A stretch of 64,000 nucleotides of DNA from Syntrophales bacterium (lineage in GTDB: Bacteria; Desulfobacterota; Syntrophia; Syntrophales; UBA2210). This document shows positions 8,740 to 18,034 of this stretch, one piece after another. A program made the position numbers and the translations under genes. The stretch is from NCBI GenBank assembly GCA_963666365.2, contig CAXXNF010000001.1, forward strand, positions 704,001-768,000, given 5' to 3'. The notes under the pieces were generated by a model, which was given only the letters and a program-made list of their open reading frames with translations, was not told where the DNA came from and made no database searches. Positions within the stretch are counted from its first letter, which is position 1. The number at the start of each line of letters is the position of its first letter.

Positions 8740-10191
8740 TTAGTAATAGTCAGCAAGTCCCTCCGGATAGCGTTCGAAGCGCCTTAGATCTGCTATTTTC
8801 CGTTCCACCTCCTTGGGAACATCGGTGGCAATGCCATTTTCTCCATCTTCATGTCGAGCAAGAAAAATTCTTCCAAACCATTCTATTTCATTTTCCTTTA
8901 AGACAGTTTCCTTACCAAGGGGCCGCCGCTCGACATAAAGTTTTCTTCTTTTGTTCAATTCCACTGTTTTAAAGACATAGCCGTAGGAAAGCTCCGGCAT
9001 TATTGCCGTGACATCGTAGCGGACGCAGAGGGAACCTCCTGTAAAATTGATATATTTCCAGAGAGGCGCCGCAAAGTACAGACGGTCCCTGGCGGCTGAC
9101 AGCGTCCACAGCCCCTGCGCCTCGGGAATACGGAAAAGACGGTCGGCAGACGCACCGATACCCTCGGAACATCCCCGGAGGGAAATAGTTCTGATCAGAC
9201 CCGTCTCCGTCAGGTCTTCATGGGCCTTTTTTATTAACTCCCCCCCTCTGCGCCGGGCCGCTGCTTTCTGATAGGTGTTTTTGTAAATAAAGGAACAATA
9301 ATTGACAGGCAGGTCCACTCCGCGCTCCAGAATCGATCGCATTACCTTCAGGGCCGTCAGTTCCGATTCGAGCACCGTTACCTTGGGACCGTGAAGGAAG
9401 GTATAGTTCCGCTTTGAAAGCTGACTGAAATTGTACGGCGTCAACCGCAGCTGGTGAAGGTTGAGGTAGTCAACGCCGATCTCCTTCATTATACCCGCCA
9501 GTTCGACAAGCCGATCGGCATCCTCCGGCACGGCAGGAATCTCGACGGTTACCACGTCGAAAATGCCTGCGGCAAGGGATATCGGTTCCAGGCGGTACCC
9601 CAGCGCCCCGATGTCGAAACGGACCTCGTTGAGCCCGGCGTCGCGGAGGACGCGGAAACGTTCTTTCGTAGCCAGGCTCCCGTTGGTGTACATCCACAGG
9701 TGGACGCCCTCACCCAGGTGCGTTCGTACCATTTTGAGATAACGGAGTGTCTTTTCATAGGTCATCAGCGGCTCGCCGCCGCTCATGCTGACACCGGTAA
9801 ACCCTAACCTTTTCAGGTAATCCACATAGTCCCGGGGATCGGCAAAGGGTACCGTGTTTGTCTGGGGCACACCTTCATCCGACTGTCCCGCAGGGCAGTA
9901 AAAACAGTGCATGTTGCATATGCCATTGATAAACAGACAGGACCAGTTCCCGCTGCCGCAGGCGCGGCATCCCGGCGACAGACGACGGACGTCAAGTTTT
10001 GTTCCTCCATGACTGAAGAGCGCTCCCTGGGCCATCAGGTCCTTCAAAATTCCGGCACGTTCACTTTCGGCGCGGGCGGCCGTTGCATCATCAACCCAGC
10101 GCACCACAGCGTAGCCTTCGGTATATTCATGCCTGTTCAGTGCAATGATTCCCTCCCGCTCGGAAGGATCAACTCCATGGGAAACCGACAT
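8740..10191 (-). CDS. Radical SAM protein, function unknown
   Basis: CNMHCFYC (CxxxCxxC), SGGEP, YTNG; extra N-terminal CxxC and YC near the C-terminal part of the barrel. Confidence 0.88.
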   Translation of the reverse strand: MSVSHGVDPSEREGIIALNRHEYTEGYAVVRWVDDATAARAESERAGILKDLMAQGALFSHGGTKLDVRRLSPGCRACGSGNWSCLFINGICNMHCFYCPAGQSDEGVPQTNTVPFADPRDYVDYLKRLGFTGVSMSGGEPLMTYEKTLRYLKMVRTHLGEGVHLWMYTNGSLATKERFRVLRDAGLNEVRFDIGALGYRLEPISLAAGIFDVVTVEIPAVPEDADRLVELAGIMKEIGVDYLNLHQLRLTPYNFSQLSKRNYTFLHGPKVTVLESELTALKVMRSILERGVDLPVNYCSFIYKNTYQKAAARRRGGELIKKAHEDLTETGLIRTISLRGCSEGIGASADRLFRIPEAQGLWTLSAARDRLYFAAPLWKYINFTGGSLCVRYDVTAIMPELSYGYVFKTVELNKRRKLYVERRPLGKETVLKENEIEWFGRIFLARHEDGENGIATDVPKEVERKIADLRRFERYPEGLADYY

Positions 10192-10371
10192 CGTTCATTC
10201 TCCTCACAATAATCGAGGCACGCCGTACCGGAGAACAGACTTGCCTCAAGACGGCGGGATTATAGTTCAAAAGCCGAAAATTAAACATTAATTTTTTCTT
10301 GTTCTATTTCAAAATTAGGCATAAAAGGAACCATAATTTATAGAACGGTATGGTAGTATAGAAAGGTATTA

Positions 10372-11787
10372 ATGAAGTCATTTCTTATAGTGACGAAGGA
10401 ACAGGCGGTGTTTCAGCACATTCAGGCCTGCTTTCGATCGAAGCAACGCGTCGATTCGGCTGGGGATATGGCAGGGGCATTGGAGATGCTCCGCCGGCAT
10501 CATCATGATTTTATCTTCATCGACCTCGAGATACTGCGCCGGTCGGCCGCCGATGTCGGCTACAAAGGGGCGCTGCAGTCGCTGTGGGTGGTCTATCCCG
10601 ATGTAGAGATCGTCGTCATGGCCGAACAGTCGATGATCAGAGAGGCCGTGCAGGTCGTAAAAGCCGGGGCAAGTAATTACCTGACCTATCCTCTCAACGC
10701 AGATGAAGTCAAATACGTAACCGACAGCATTTATGAATCGATCATCGTCCAGTCGGCCCTCGACTACCTGCGCGATAAGTTCTGGGAGGGCGAGGCCCTT
10801 GAAATCGTCCAGACAAAAAGTCCCGCTATGATAAAGGTATTTGATAAAGTCCGTTCCGTGGCGACCACCAAGAGCACAGTCCTGCTGGCGGGAGAAACGG
10901 GCACGGGCAAGGGTGTGCTGGCAAAACTCATCCACCGGCACAGCAGCAGGAGAAAGGGACAGTTTATAAGCATTCACTGCGGCGCCATTCCCGACAGCCT
11001 TCTCGAAAGCGAGCTTTTCGGTCATGAGCGCGGCGCCTTTACCGGCGCCGTACGGCGCCAGATGGGAAAATTCGAAATCGCCAAGGGGGGAACGATCTTT
11101 CTCGACGAAATCGGCACCATCACCCCTTCGGCACAAATCAAGCTTCTCCAGGTGCTTCAGGACGGCATCTTCCAGCGCGTAGGCGGTGAAGAAACGATAG
11201 AGGCGGATGTACGGGTCATCGCGGCAACCAATATCGATCTGAAACAATTGATCAATGAAAACCGCTTCAGGCGGGATCTTTATTACCGCCTGAATGTATT
11301 CCCCATCGAAATTCCCCCCTTAAGGGAGCGGCAAGAAGACATTCCGCTTCTCATCGAAATTTTCCTGAGAAAACTGAATAAATTTTCCGCCAGGGAAATC
11401 CATGACGTCCATCCCGACGTGGTAGCGGCCTTTCGGCGCTACAGCTGGCCGGGTAATATACGGGAACTGCAGAACCTGATCGAGCGGGCCCATATCATCG
11501 AAACCTCATCGGTGCTTACCCCCGAAAGCTTCCCAAGCGAACTTTTCGACTCCGACGGCGCCTCGCCGTCCTTTGCAGTCGACACCCTGAAAACACTTGC
11601 AGAAACACGGCAGAGTGCATGGGAAAAAATCGAAAAACGCTACCTGCAGGAACTCCTGACGGAAGAGCGGGGAAGCATCAAAGAGGCATCCAAAAGAGCA
11701 GGTATTTCCACACGTCAGCTTTCCAAGCTGATGCACAAGCACGCGCTGCAAAAAGAGTCTTTCAAGTCCTCCCGGCGCCTGCGGTAG
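10372..11787 (+). CDS. Sigma-54-dependent response regulator (NtrC family)
   Basis: Receiver-like N-terminus, GETGTGK, GAFTGA, LDEIG, WPGNIREL, C-terminal Fis-type HTH. Confidence 0.95.
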   Translation: MKSFLIVTKEQAVFQHIQACFRSKQRVDSAGDMAGALEMLRRHHHDFIFIDLEILRRSAADVGYKGALQSLWVVYPDVEIVVMAEQSMIREAVQVVKAGASNYLTYPLNADEVKYVTDSIYESIIVQSALDYLRDKFWEGEALEIVQTKSPAMIKVFDKVRSVATTKSTVLLAGETGTGKGVLAKLIHRHSSRRKGQFISIHCGAIPDSLLESELFGHERGAFTGAVRRQMGKFEIAKGGTIFLDEIGTITPSAQIKLLQVLQDGIFQRVGGEETIEADVRVIAATNIDLKQLINENRFRRDLYYRLNVFPIEIPPLRERQEDIPLLIEIFLRKLNKFSAREIHDVHPDVVAAFRRYSWPGNIRELQNLIERAHIIETSSVLTPESFPSELFDSDGASPSFAVDTLKTLAETRQSAWEKIEKRYLQELLTEERGSIKEASKRAGISTRQLSKLMHKHALQKESFKSSRRLR

Positions 11788-11826
11788 CATATTTTTCTCC
11801 TCTTCTTTTACCAACCTTCTATTATC

Positions 11827-11961
11827 GGAATTGCCGGTTCGCCTTGCCCTGCAAGGGGAACAACGAGTTCCGCTTTTAAAACATAATTGTTTTCAATACA
11901 TTAGGTCATACCATCGGCACATATCGTATAAGGCCGGGGGAATAGCGGAATCAATAGTTCC
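11827..11961. promoter_or_regulatory. Three putative enhancer sites GGAA-N7-TTC(C/G)
   Basis: GGAATTGCCGGTTCG (11827), GGAACAACGAGTTCC (11857), GGAATCAATAGTTCC (11947), upstream of a -24/-12 promoter. Confidence 0.55.
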
Positions 11962-12015
11962 GATTTCATATCGCCTGCCAAATGATTAATCTGTAATTTC
12001 AATATGTTTTACACA

Positions 12016-12031
12016 TGGCATATTCTTTGCT
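12016..12031 (+). promoter_or_regulatory. Sigma-54 (-24/-12) promoter
   Basis: TGGCATATTCTTTGCT with exact GG-N10-GC spacing, just downstream of the sigma-54 activator gene. Confidence 0.8.
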
Positions 12032-12066
12032 CACTGACACCCGTCGGAGAGCTTTATCTTCCCATA

Positions 12067-12147
12067 GTCATTCCGGGTAAGCGAAGCGCAACCCGGAATC
12101 CAGGAAATATCTGAAAATACTGGATGCCGGATCAAGTCCGGCATGAC
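12067..12147. repeat. REP-like palindromic element
   Basis: GTCATTCCGG..CCGGAATCCAG...CTGGATGCCGG..CCGGCATGAC; nested hairpins with GTCAT/ATGAC ends. Confidence 0.7.
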
Positions 12148-12232
12148 AATATTAAAGTTAAAGGGGATTTTTCAAAACTCTCCCGTCGAAAGAAGACAGG
12201 GCACAGGGGTGTGCAAGGAGGACAGGACAACA

Positions 12233-12568
12233 ATGACCGGCATTATAAAGGTCCCTATTGTGGGGGTAATCGTCGCGGTAATAATCCTGCTGAGTATCGG
12301 CATTGCCGGTGCGGCATTAATCACAGGAGCGATAAATGACGATTTTCAGATCATTTCCGATTCCGGGGAGGCGTACAATATCTACGCCAATGACATGGGC
12401 AACCAGGTGGTCGAACAGGTCGGCCTAAGAATGACCGTAACGGCGGATATCGAAATTGTTGAAGGCGAAAAATGGATCAATGTCATTTCCTATAAAGTGC
12501 TGGAAGAGAGCCAGGACAGTGCCGATGAAGACGATAACAATGACACAAAAGACAAGGATGAGGAATAA
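12233..12568 (+). CDS. Small exported protein with acidic tail
   Basis: AGGAGG upstream of ATG 12233; hydrophobic signal sequence; first gene after the sigma-54 promoter. Confidence 0.7.
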   Translation: MTGIIKVPIVGVIVAVIILLSIGIAGAALITGAINDDFQIISDSGEAYNIYANDMGNQVVEQVGLRMTVTADIEIVEGEKWINVISYKVLEESQDSADEDDNNDTKDKDEE

Positions 12569-12631
12569 CTGAGCACGGCTGAACACATGCAACCGTTCAG
12601 CCTGCCATCGGAAGCGGAGAGGAAGAAAAAA

Positions 12632-13957
12632 ATGGAGCAGGACTACATCATTGAAGAAACGGAGCCTCCTGGTAGTAAGAATGTGTGCGACTGCCAGGGG
12701 TACGAGGCTGCACAACAGATCGTAACGGGGAATCTGATTCTTTCCGCAAGGAAACGCAGTACCTTCCCGAAACTCAGACGAGCTTCGGGCTTTTTCATCA
12801 GCCCGGAAAGGCGATTGTTCAGGAAGACTTTTTTCAAGGGAGTGACGGATGCGGAGTGGACCGACTGGCACTGGCAGGTACGGCACAGCATCTCATCGAC
12901 CATGGAGCTGGAGCGCATCATTCGGCTTTCCGACGACGAAAGAGCGGCCCTCTCCGATCGGAGCGGCAAATTTCCCTTCTTGATCACCCCTTATTACGCG
13001 AGTCTGCTTGATCCTATCGATCCGCAGCACCCGCTGAGAAGGACCGTGGTCCCCGTACAGGCGGAACAGGTCCATTCGCACGGAGAGGAAGACGATCCTC
13101 TTGGAGAAGAAGCAGAAAGCCCCGTCCCGGGAGTGGTCCATCGCTATCCCGACAGGGTGCTGTTTCTCGTCTCCGACTTCTGCTCTACCTACTGCCGCTA
13201 TTGCACACGCTCTCGGCTGGTGGGAAGGTCGAATTGTCATGGAGGTTTCAAAGATCGGCTGAGCAGGGGTATCGACTACATCGCCTCGAACCATCGGATC
13301 AGGGACGTGCTTGTATCGGGTGGCGATCCCCTCATGCTTTCCGACGACAGACTGGAATGGATTCTGGCGCAACTGCGCCGCATCCCCCATGTGGAGGTGA
13401 TTCGAATCGGCACGAAGACCCCCGCAGTGCTGCCGCAAAGGATCACGGCGCCGCTGGTTCGCATGCTGAAACGCTATAATCCCCTCTGGATGAGCATTCA
13501 CTTCACCCATCCGGAGGAATTGACCGAAGAAACCGGACAGGCCTGCGGACGGCTTGCCGATGCAGGCATTCCGCTGCAGAGCCAGACAGTACTTTTGTCG
13601 GGCATTAACGATACCGCGGCCACTATGATGAAGCTCTTTCACGGTCTTGTTCAGAAAAGGGTTCGCCCCTACTATCTCTACCAGTGCGACCCGATCTCGG
13701 GGTCCGCTCATTTCAGAACCCCCGTTGCAACGGGACTTGCAATCATGAAGGAATTGCGGGGCTACACAAGCGGCTTTGCCGTTCCGCTCTATGTGATCGA
13801 TACCCCCGGCGGCGGCGGCAAGGTGCCGATCATGCCGGAATATGTGGCAGGGCATGAAGGCGCCACGCTTCTGCTTAAAAATTATGAAGGAAAAATATAT
13901 CGTTATGAGGACGCACCCGGATTGTCCCGGGCGATTTGCAACGATTCAGAAGGCTAA
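12632..13957 (+). CDS. kamA: KamA-family radical SAM/PLP 2,3-aminomutase
   Basis: HRYPDRVL, CSTYCRYCTR, SGGDPL, YLYQCD, DTPGGGGK. Start 12632 chosen from SD GGAGAGG (alternative 12587). Symbol denotes the family; substrate is not proven. Confidence 0.9.
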   Translation: MEQDYIIEETEPPGSKNVCDCQGYEAAQQIVTGNLILSARKRSTFPKLRRASGFFISPERRLFRKTFFKGVTDAEWTDWHWQVRHSISSTMELERIIRLSDDERAALSDRSGKFPFLITPYYASLLDPIDPQHPLRRTVVPVQAEQVHSHGEEDDPLGEEAESPVPGVVHRYPDRVLFLVSDFCSTYCRYCTRSRLVGRSNCHGGFKDRLSRGIDYIASNHRIRDVLVSGGDPLMLSDDRLEWILAQLRRIPHVEVIRIGTKTPAVLPQRITAPLVRMLKRYNPLWMSIHFTHPEELTEETGQACGRLADAGIPLQSQTVLLSGINDTAATMMKLFHGLVQKRVRPYYLYQCDPISGSAHFRTPVATGLAIMKELRGYTSGFAVPLYVIDTPGGGGKVPIMPEYVAGHEGATLLLKNYEGKIYRYEDAPGLSRAICNDSEG

Positions 13958-13967
13958 GGACGGGATA

Positions 13968-14963
13968 ATGAATATCGGCATGACCTATGATCTGAAGGAC
14001 GACTATCTCCGTGCAGGCTACGACAAGGAAGCCGCCGCGGAGTTCGACGGCGAGGATACGATCCAGGCCATCGAAGGCGCCCTTAAAGAACGGGGCTATC
14101 GGACCGGGAGGATCGGCAATATCAAGGCCCTCACCCGGCGGCTTGCCGCCGGAGACCGCTGGGATCTGGTATTCAATATCGCAGAGGGAATCGCCGGCTT
14201 CGGTCGCGAGGCCCAGGTGCCCGCCCTTCTCGATGCCTACGGCATCCCTTATACATTCTCAGATCCTCTGGTGCTCGCGCTTACACTCCACAAGGGGATG
14301 GCAAAGCACATCGTCCGCGATATGGGCGTCGCCACGCCCGACTTCGCTGTGGTGGAAAGGGTGGAAGATATCGCGCATATCCACCTTCCCTACCCCCTTT
14401 TCGCCAAACCCGTTGCGGAAGGTACGAGTAAGGGCATTGCGGCCACATCGAAGATTAACGGTCCTCAGGAACTGGAGAAGGAATGCATACGAATTCTGAA
14501 TGCCTTTCGCCAGCCGGTCCTGGTTGAGACCTATCTGCCGGGAAGGGAATTTACCGTAGGGATTATCGGCACAGGCCGTGAAGCGGCGCCACTGGGCGTG
14601 CTCGAGGTGCTCCTGAACGGCAACGCCGAGGAGGGCGTCTACTCCTACCAGAACAAGGAACACTATAAGGAGCGGGTTACCTACCGTCTGGTACAGGACG
14701 GCGACGCCCAAAAAGCCGCCCGTGTCGCCCTTGATGTATGGCGCGGTCTGGGATGCCGCGATGGCGGACGCGTGGATGTCAGAAACGACGACAGGGGAAG
14801 GCCCCATTTTATCGAGGTCAATCCCCTGGCGGGACTGCATCCGGAAAATTCCGATCTCTGCATCCTGGCCTCACACAGGGGGATGACCTACGGCATGCTG
14901 ATCGAAAAACTCGTAAACGCCGCCCTGAGCCGGACAAAAATACCGGACAGGGCGCTCGAATAA
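13968..14963 (+). CDS. D-Ala-D-Ala-ligase-like ATP-grasp protein 1
   Basis: VFNIAEG, KPVAEGTSKGI, ETYLPGREFTV, GRVDVR, EVNPLAGL. Confidence 0.88.
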   Translation: MNIGMTYDLKDDYLRAGYDKEAAAEFDGEDTIQAIEGALKERGYRTGRIGNIKALTRRLAAGDRWDLVFNIAEGIAGFGREAQVPALLDAYGIPYTFSDPLVLALTLHKGMAKHIVRDMGVATPDFAVVERVEDIAHIHLPYPLFAKPVAEGTSKGIAATSKINGPQELEKECIRILNAFRQPVLVETYLPGREFTVGIIGTGREAAPLGVLEVLLNGNAEEGVYSYQNKEHYKERVTYRLVQDGDAQKAARVALDVWRGLGCRDGGRVDVRNDDRGRPHFIEVNPLAGLHPENSDLCILASHRGMTYGMLIEKLVNAALSRTKIPDRALE

Positions 14964-14973
14964 GGATTTGACT

Positions 14974-15990
14974 ATGCAGAAACCTCTTATTGCACTGGTG
15001 CACAATATCCCTTCCGAATCGGATGCGTCCCTGGACATCCTCGATCAGGTGGATGCCATCGAAAAGGCGCTGACGGAACGGGGATTCCACTCGCGGCGCA
15101 TTCCCTTCACAAAGGATCTCGATCTGTTTCTGACGCAGTTCAGGAACGCACAGGCGGATGCCGTTTTCAACCTGGTGGAGACGGTGGACGAAGAGGCCGC
15201 AATGGCGGCCCACCCGGCCGCGGTATTCGAACTCCTCCAGGTCCCTTTTACCGGTTCTTCCGCCGCAGCCTTGACCTGCACCACCGACAAGGTGACGGCA
15301 AAGCGATTGATGCGGGCCTGCGGGATCAGGACACCCGATTACATGATCTATGAGGGATCGGCGTCGTTCAATGCCTCTCATCTTACTTTTCCCGTCATCG
15401 TCAAACCCCGATTCGAAGACGCCAGCATCGGCATCGATCAGGATTCTATTTTTGAAGACGAACGGCAATTGCGAAAGGGCATTCAAAACTGCTACGCCCG
15501 ATACGGGAGTCTCCTTGTAGAAGAGTATATCGAGGGAAGGGAGTTTAATATTTCCCTTTTCGGCTACCCCGTGCCGCACCCGTTGCCGCTTGCGGAAATT
15601 GATTTTTCCTCTTTTCCCCATAATCTCTATCCCATCGTGGGCTATCGGGCAAAATGGGACCACTCTTCCTTTGAGTACGCCCACACCCCCCGCATCTTCC
15701 CCGTCGGGGTCCAGCCGTCCCTTGTCAATGAAATCACCAAAACGGCCCTGGACTGTTTTCGCCTTTTCGGACTTCGTGATTACGGGAGGGTGGATATGAG
15801 AATAAACCTGCACAACAAACCCTACATCCTGGAAGTGAATGCAAACCCCTGCCTCAGCCCGGATGCAGGCATGGCGGCGTCTCTGTCCCATGCAGGCATA
15901 GGCTACGCCGATATGGTCGAACGGCTTGTCCACTTCGCCCTCCAACGGGCCCATCATGACGCGTTTCCCGGCACGGCGGGGTGTGCCTGA
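14974..15990 (+). CDS. D-Ala-D-Ala-ligase-like ATP-grasp protein 2
   Basis: VFNLVE, PFTGS, KPRFEDASIGI, EEYIEGREFNI, GRVDMR, EVNANPCL. Confidence 0.88.
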   Translation: MQKPLIALVHNIPSESDASLDILDQVDAIEKALTERGFHSRRIPFTKDLDLFLTQFRNAQADAVFNLVETVDEEAAMAAHPAAVFELLQVPFTGSSAAALTCTTDKVTAKRLMRACGIRTPDYMIYEGSASFNASHLTFPVIVKPRFEDASIGIDQDSIFEDERQLRKGIQNCYARYGSLLVEEYIEGREFNISLFGYPVPHPLPLAEIDFSSFPHNLYPIVGYRAKWDHSSFEYAHTPRIFPVGVQPSLVNEITKTALDCFRLFGLRDYGRVDMRINLHNKPYILEVNANPCLSPDAGMAASLSHAGIGYADMVERLVHFALQRAHHDAFPGTAGCA

Positions 15991-16001
15991 TTATCCATGC
16001 T

Positions 16002-16487
16002 ATGATCACTTCACTCGTTTTAAAGGATATACCGCAGATTCATCGGATCATCAGAAGCACGGGCGTCTTCACCGACGATGAAATTGCCGTCGCTATGGAA
16101 CTCGTCGATCACTACCTTACCGAAGAGGACGGCGGAGGCTACCGGATGTATTGCTGCCGCCTTGAAGGAAACGTCGTCGCCGGCTATGTGTGCTTCGGCC
16201 CCATTCCCATGACCCAGTCCTGCTTCGATTTCTACTGGATTGCCGTCGATCCCTCAATGGGGCGGCGTCATGTAGGATCACAGCTTATGGCATTCATGGA
16301 ATCGGAAATCGCACGGGAAGGGGGACAAAAGATCTTTATCGACACCTCTTCGACGGCACCCTACGAGCCGGCCCGATCCCTTTATCTGAAGAGGGGATAC
16401 AGGGTGGCCGCGAAATTCGACGATTTTTACCGCCCCGGCGATCACAAACTTGTGTTTGTAAAAAATATTATACCACACACACGTTAG
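16002..16487 (+). CDS. GNAT N-acetyltransferase
   Basis: YWIAVDPSMGRRHVGSQLM acetyl-CoA motif, ARSLYLKRGY. Confidence 0.88.
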   Translation: MITSLVLKDIPQIHRIIRSTGVFTDDEIAVAMELVDHYLTEEDGGGYRMYCCRLEGNVVAGYVCFGPIPMTQSCFDFYWIAVDPSMGRRHVGSQLMAFMESEIAREGGQKIFIDTSSTAPYEPARSLYLKRGYRVAAKFDDFYRPGDHKLVFVKNIIPHTR

Positions 16488-16496
16488 AGGAACAGC

Positions 16497-16691
16497 ATGG
16501 ACAAGACTATCAGATGCATTCAGTGCAATTCCGAGTTTCTTTTTACCGAACGCGAGCAGAAATACTACCAGGACCGGGGGTTCAGCATTCCGAAGCGCTG
16601 CCCCGACTGCAGGAAAGAACGAAAGCTGAACCGCGAAACCGCACAGCAGGCGCGAAGGACCAAAAAATTCGAATACGGCGACGAATACTAG
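16497..16691 (+). CDS. Small zinc-ribbon protein
   Basis: CIQC...FTEREQKYY...PKRCPDCR; SD GAGG upstream. Confidence 0.8.
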   Translation: MDKTIRCIQCNSEFLFTEREQKYYQDRGFSIPKRCPDCRKERKLNRETAQQARRTKKFEYGDEY

Positions 16692-16776
16692 CGGAACATA
16701 ATCGCACCCTGCGTTTTTTGATGACTACGCAAATAGTCATATCCCCCCCGGAAGGTTGTGTCACCACTACTGGCTT

Positions 16777-16865
16777 GTCATTGCGAGCGACCGCAGGGAG
16801 CGCGGCAATCTCTCAGCATCAGTGATTTATGAGATTGCCTCTGTCGTGATACTCCCTTGCACTGC
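16777..16865. repeat. REP-like palindromic element between convergent genes
   Basis: GTCATTGCGAGCG..GCAATCTC...GAGATTGCC hairpin arms. Confidence 0.6.
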
Positions 16866-17723
16866 CCGACTCAGAAAGTCGTTGACCACAGCGCGAAATA
16901 TGACCGGCTGTTCAAGGTGATGTAAGTGGGAGGCATTGGGGAGCACCGCCATTTCAGCCCGGGGAAACCGGTCCCGGTATGCCTTGACCGTTCCTGGCGC
17001 GGCTTCGTCGTGTTCCCCGCATATCAGCAATACCGGACACTCGATTTCCGGCAGCCGGGGCATGAGATCGGCGCCCTTCAGGGCGCCGGTGACGGTAAAT
17101 TCGCTGGGTCCCCACATGGTGAGATAGACATCCGCATTTAATTTCCCCAACGCCTCGGTCACGTCGTCCGGCCAGGGATCGAGCCGCAAGACGTGCCGGC
17201 GGTAGTATTCCATCATTGCTTCCTCATAGTCGTCGCCAAACCGGCCCGACTCTTCCGCGGCAGCGACAATCCGGAGGACTTCGGCGGGCATATCGGCCAG
17301 GTAGACGCGCTGATCCCGCTCCCACAGAGGACTGCTGAGCAAGGGCCCGCTGAAGATCAGGCTCTGCACGCCCGCAGGTCCGCGGCGCAGCATATACTCC
17401 ACCGCCAGCATCGTGCCCCAGGATTGTCCCATGATGTGCAGCCGCTCCAGTTGCAACTGCTCCCGCACCAGCGCCAGCTCGTCTACATAGTGCGTTACCG
17501 TGTAGCGGTCGTTGGTCGCCGGCCTCTCGGAACGGCCGCATCCGAGCTGATCGTAGAAAATCACCGGACGTCTGTCGGCCAGATCGCATATTTCGCGGGG
17601 CATGCTCAGGAAACCGGGGCCGCCATGCACCACCAAAAGCGGTATACCCGATTGCGCTTCACCGTAGATGCCGACCCATATCTGTCCATACTCCGTTTCG
17701 ATGTATCGCTCTTTTGCCTTCAT
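16827..17723 (-). CDS. Proline iminopeptidase/amino-acid amidase family alpha/beta hydrolase
   Basis: HGGPG, YDQLGCG, GQSWG nucleophile elbow, GEHDE, SHLHHLE. Confidence 0.9.
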   Translation of the reverse strand: MKAKERYIETEYGQIWVGIYGEAQSGIPLLVVHGGPGFLSMPREICDLADRRPVIFYDQLGCGRSERPATNDRYTVTHYVDELALVREQLQLERLHIMGQSWGTMLAVEYMLRRGPAGVQSLIFSGPLLSSPLWERDQRVYLADMPAEVLRIVAAAEESGRFGDDYEEAMMEYYRRHVLRLDPWPDDVTEALGKLNADVYLTMWGPSEFTVTGALKGADLMPRLPEIECPVLLICGEHDEAAPGTVKAYRDRFPRAEMAVLPNASHLHHLEQPVIFRAVVNDFLSRAVQGSITTEAIS

Positions 17724-17754
17724 GATTGCTCCTCTGCGGTGTTTACTTCCATGT

Positions 17755-17872
17755 GTCCATTTCCCTGGTGGGAGGGGATGAAGAGATGGGGGATCAAAGC
17801 GTTCATAATAACGTTATGAATCACCCTCTCCCCTCAAGGAAATGATAATTTTAGACTTTTTGCATGACCACC
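17755..17872. repeat. Palindromic MITE/REP-like element, related to 54449-54572
   Basis: GGGAGGGGATGAAG..ATGGG...TAATAACGTTA...CACCCTCTCCCCTCA shared with the 54.5-kb copy. Confidence 0.6.
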
Positions 17873-18034
17873 AAAACTGAAATTCTATAAATAGTTCGCC
17901 ATGGAGGTCCGCTGAACGGTCTTTCCGTCATGCTTACCCTCCGGATCTCAATACCTTTGACGGCTTCAACGAACACAAAATATGCCCGCCTGAATAAGCG
18001 ACCTGTCGTACAGGCAACGTCACCACAGTGTGGC

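Noticed and set aside
12632..13957. EF-P modification enzyme EpmB
   Set aside because: No efp or epmA nearby; longer protein in a different context.
13968..15990. Housekeeping ddl or van resistance ligases
   Set aside because: No GGxSxE N-terminal or LHG..GEDG motifs, and no mur or van gene context.
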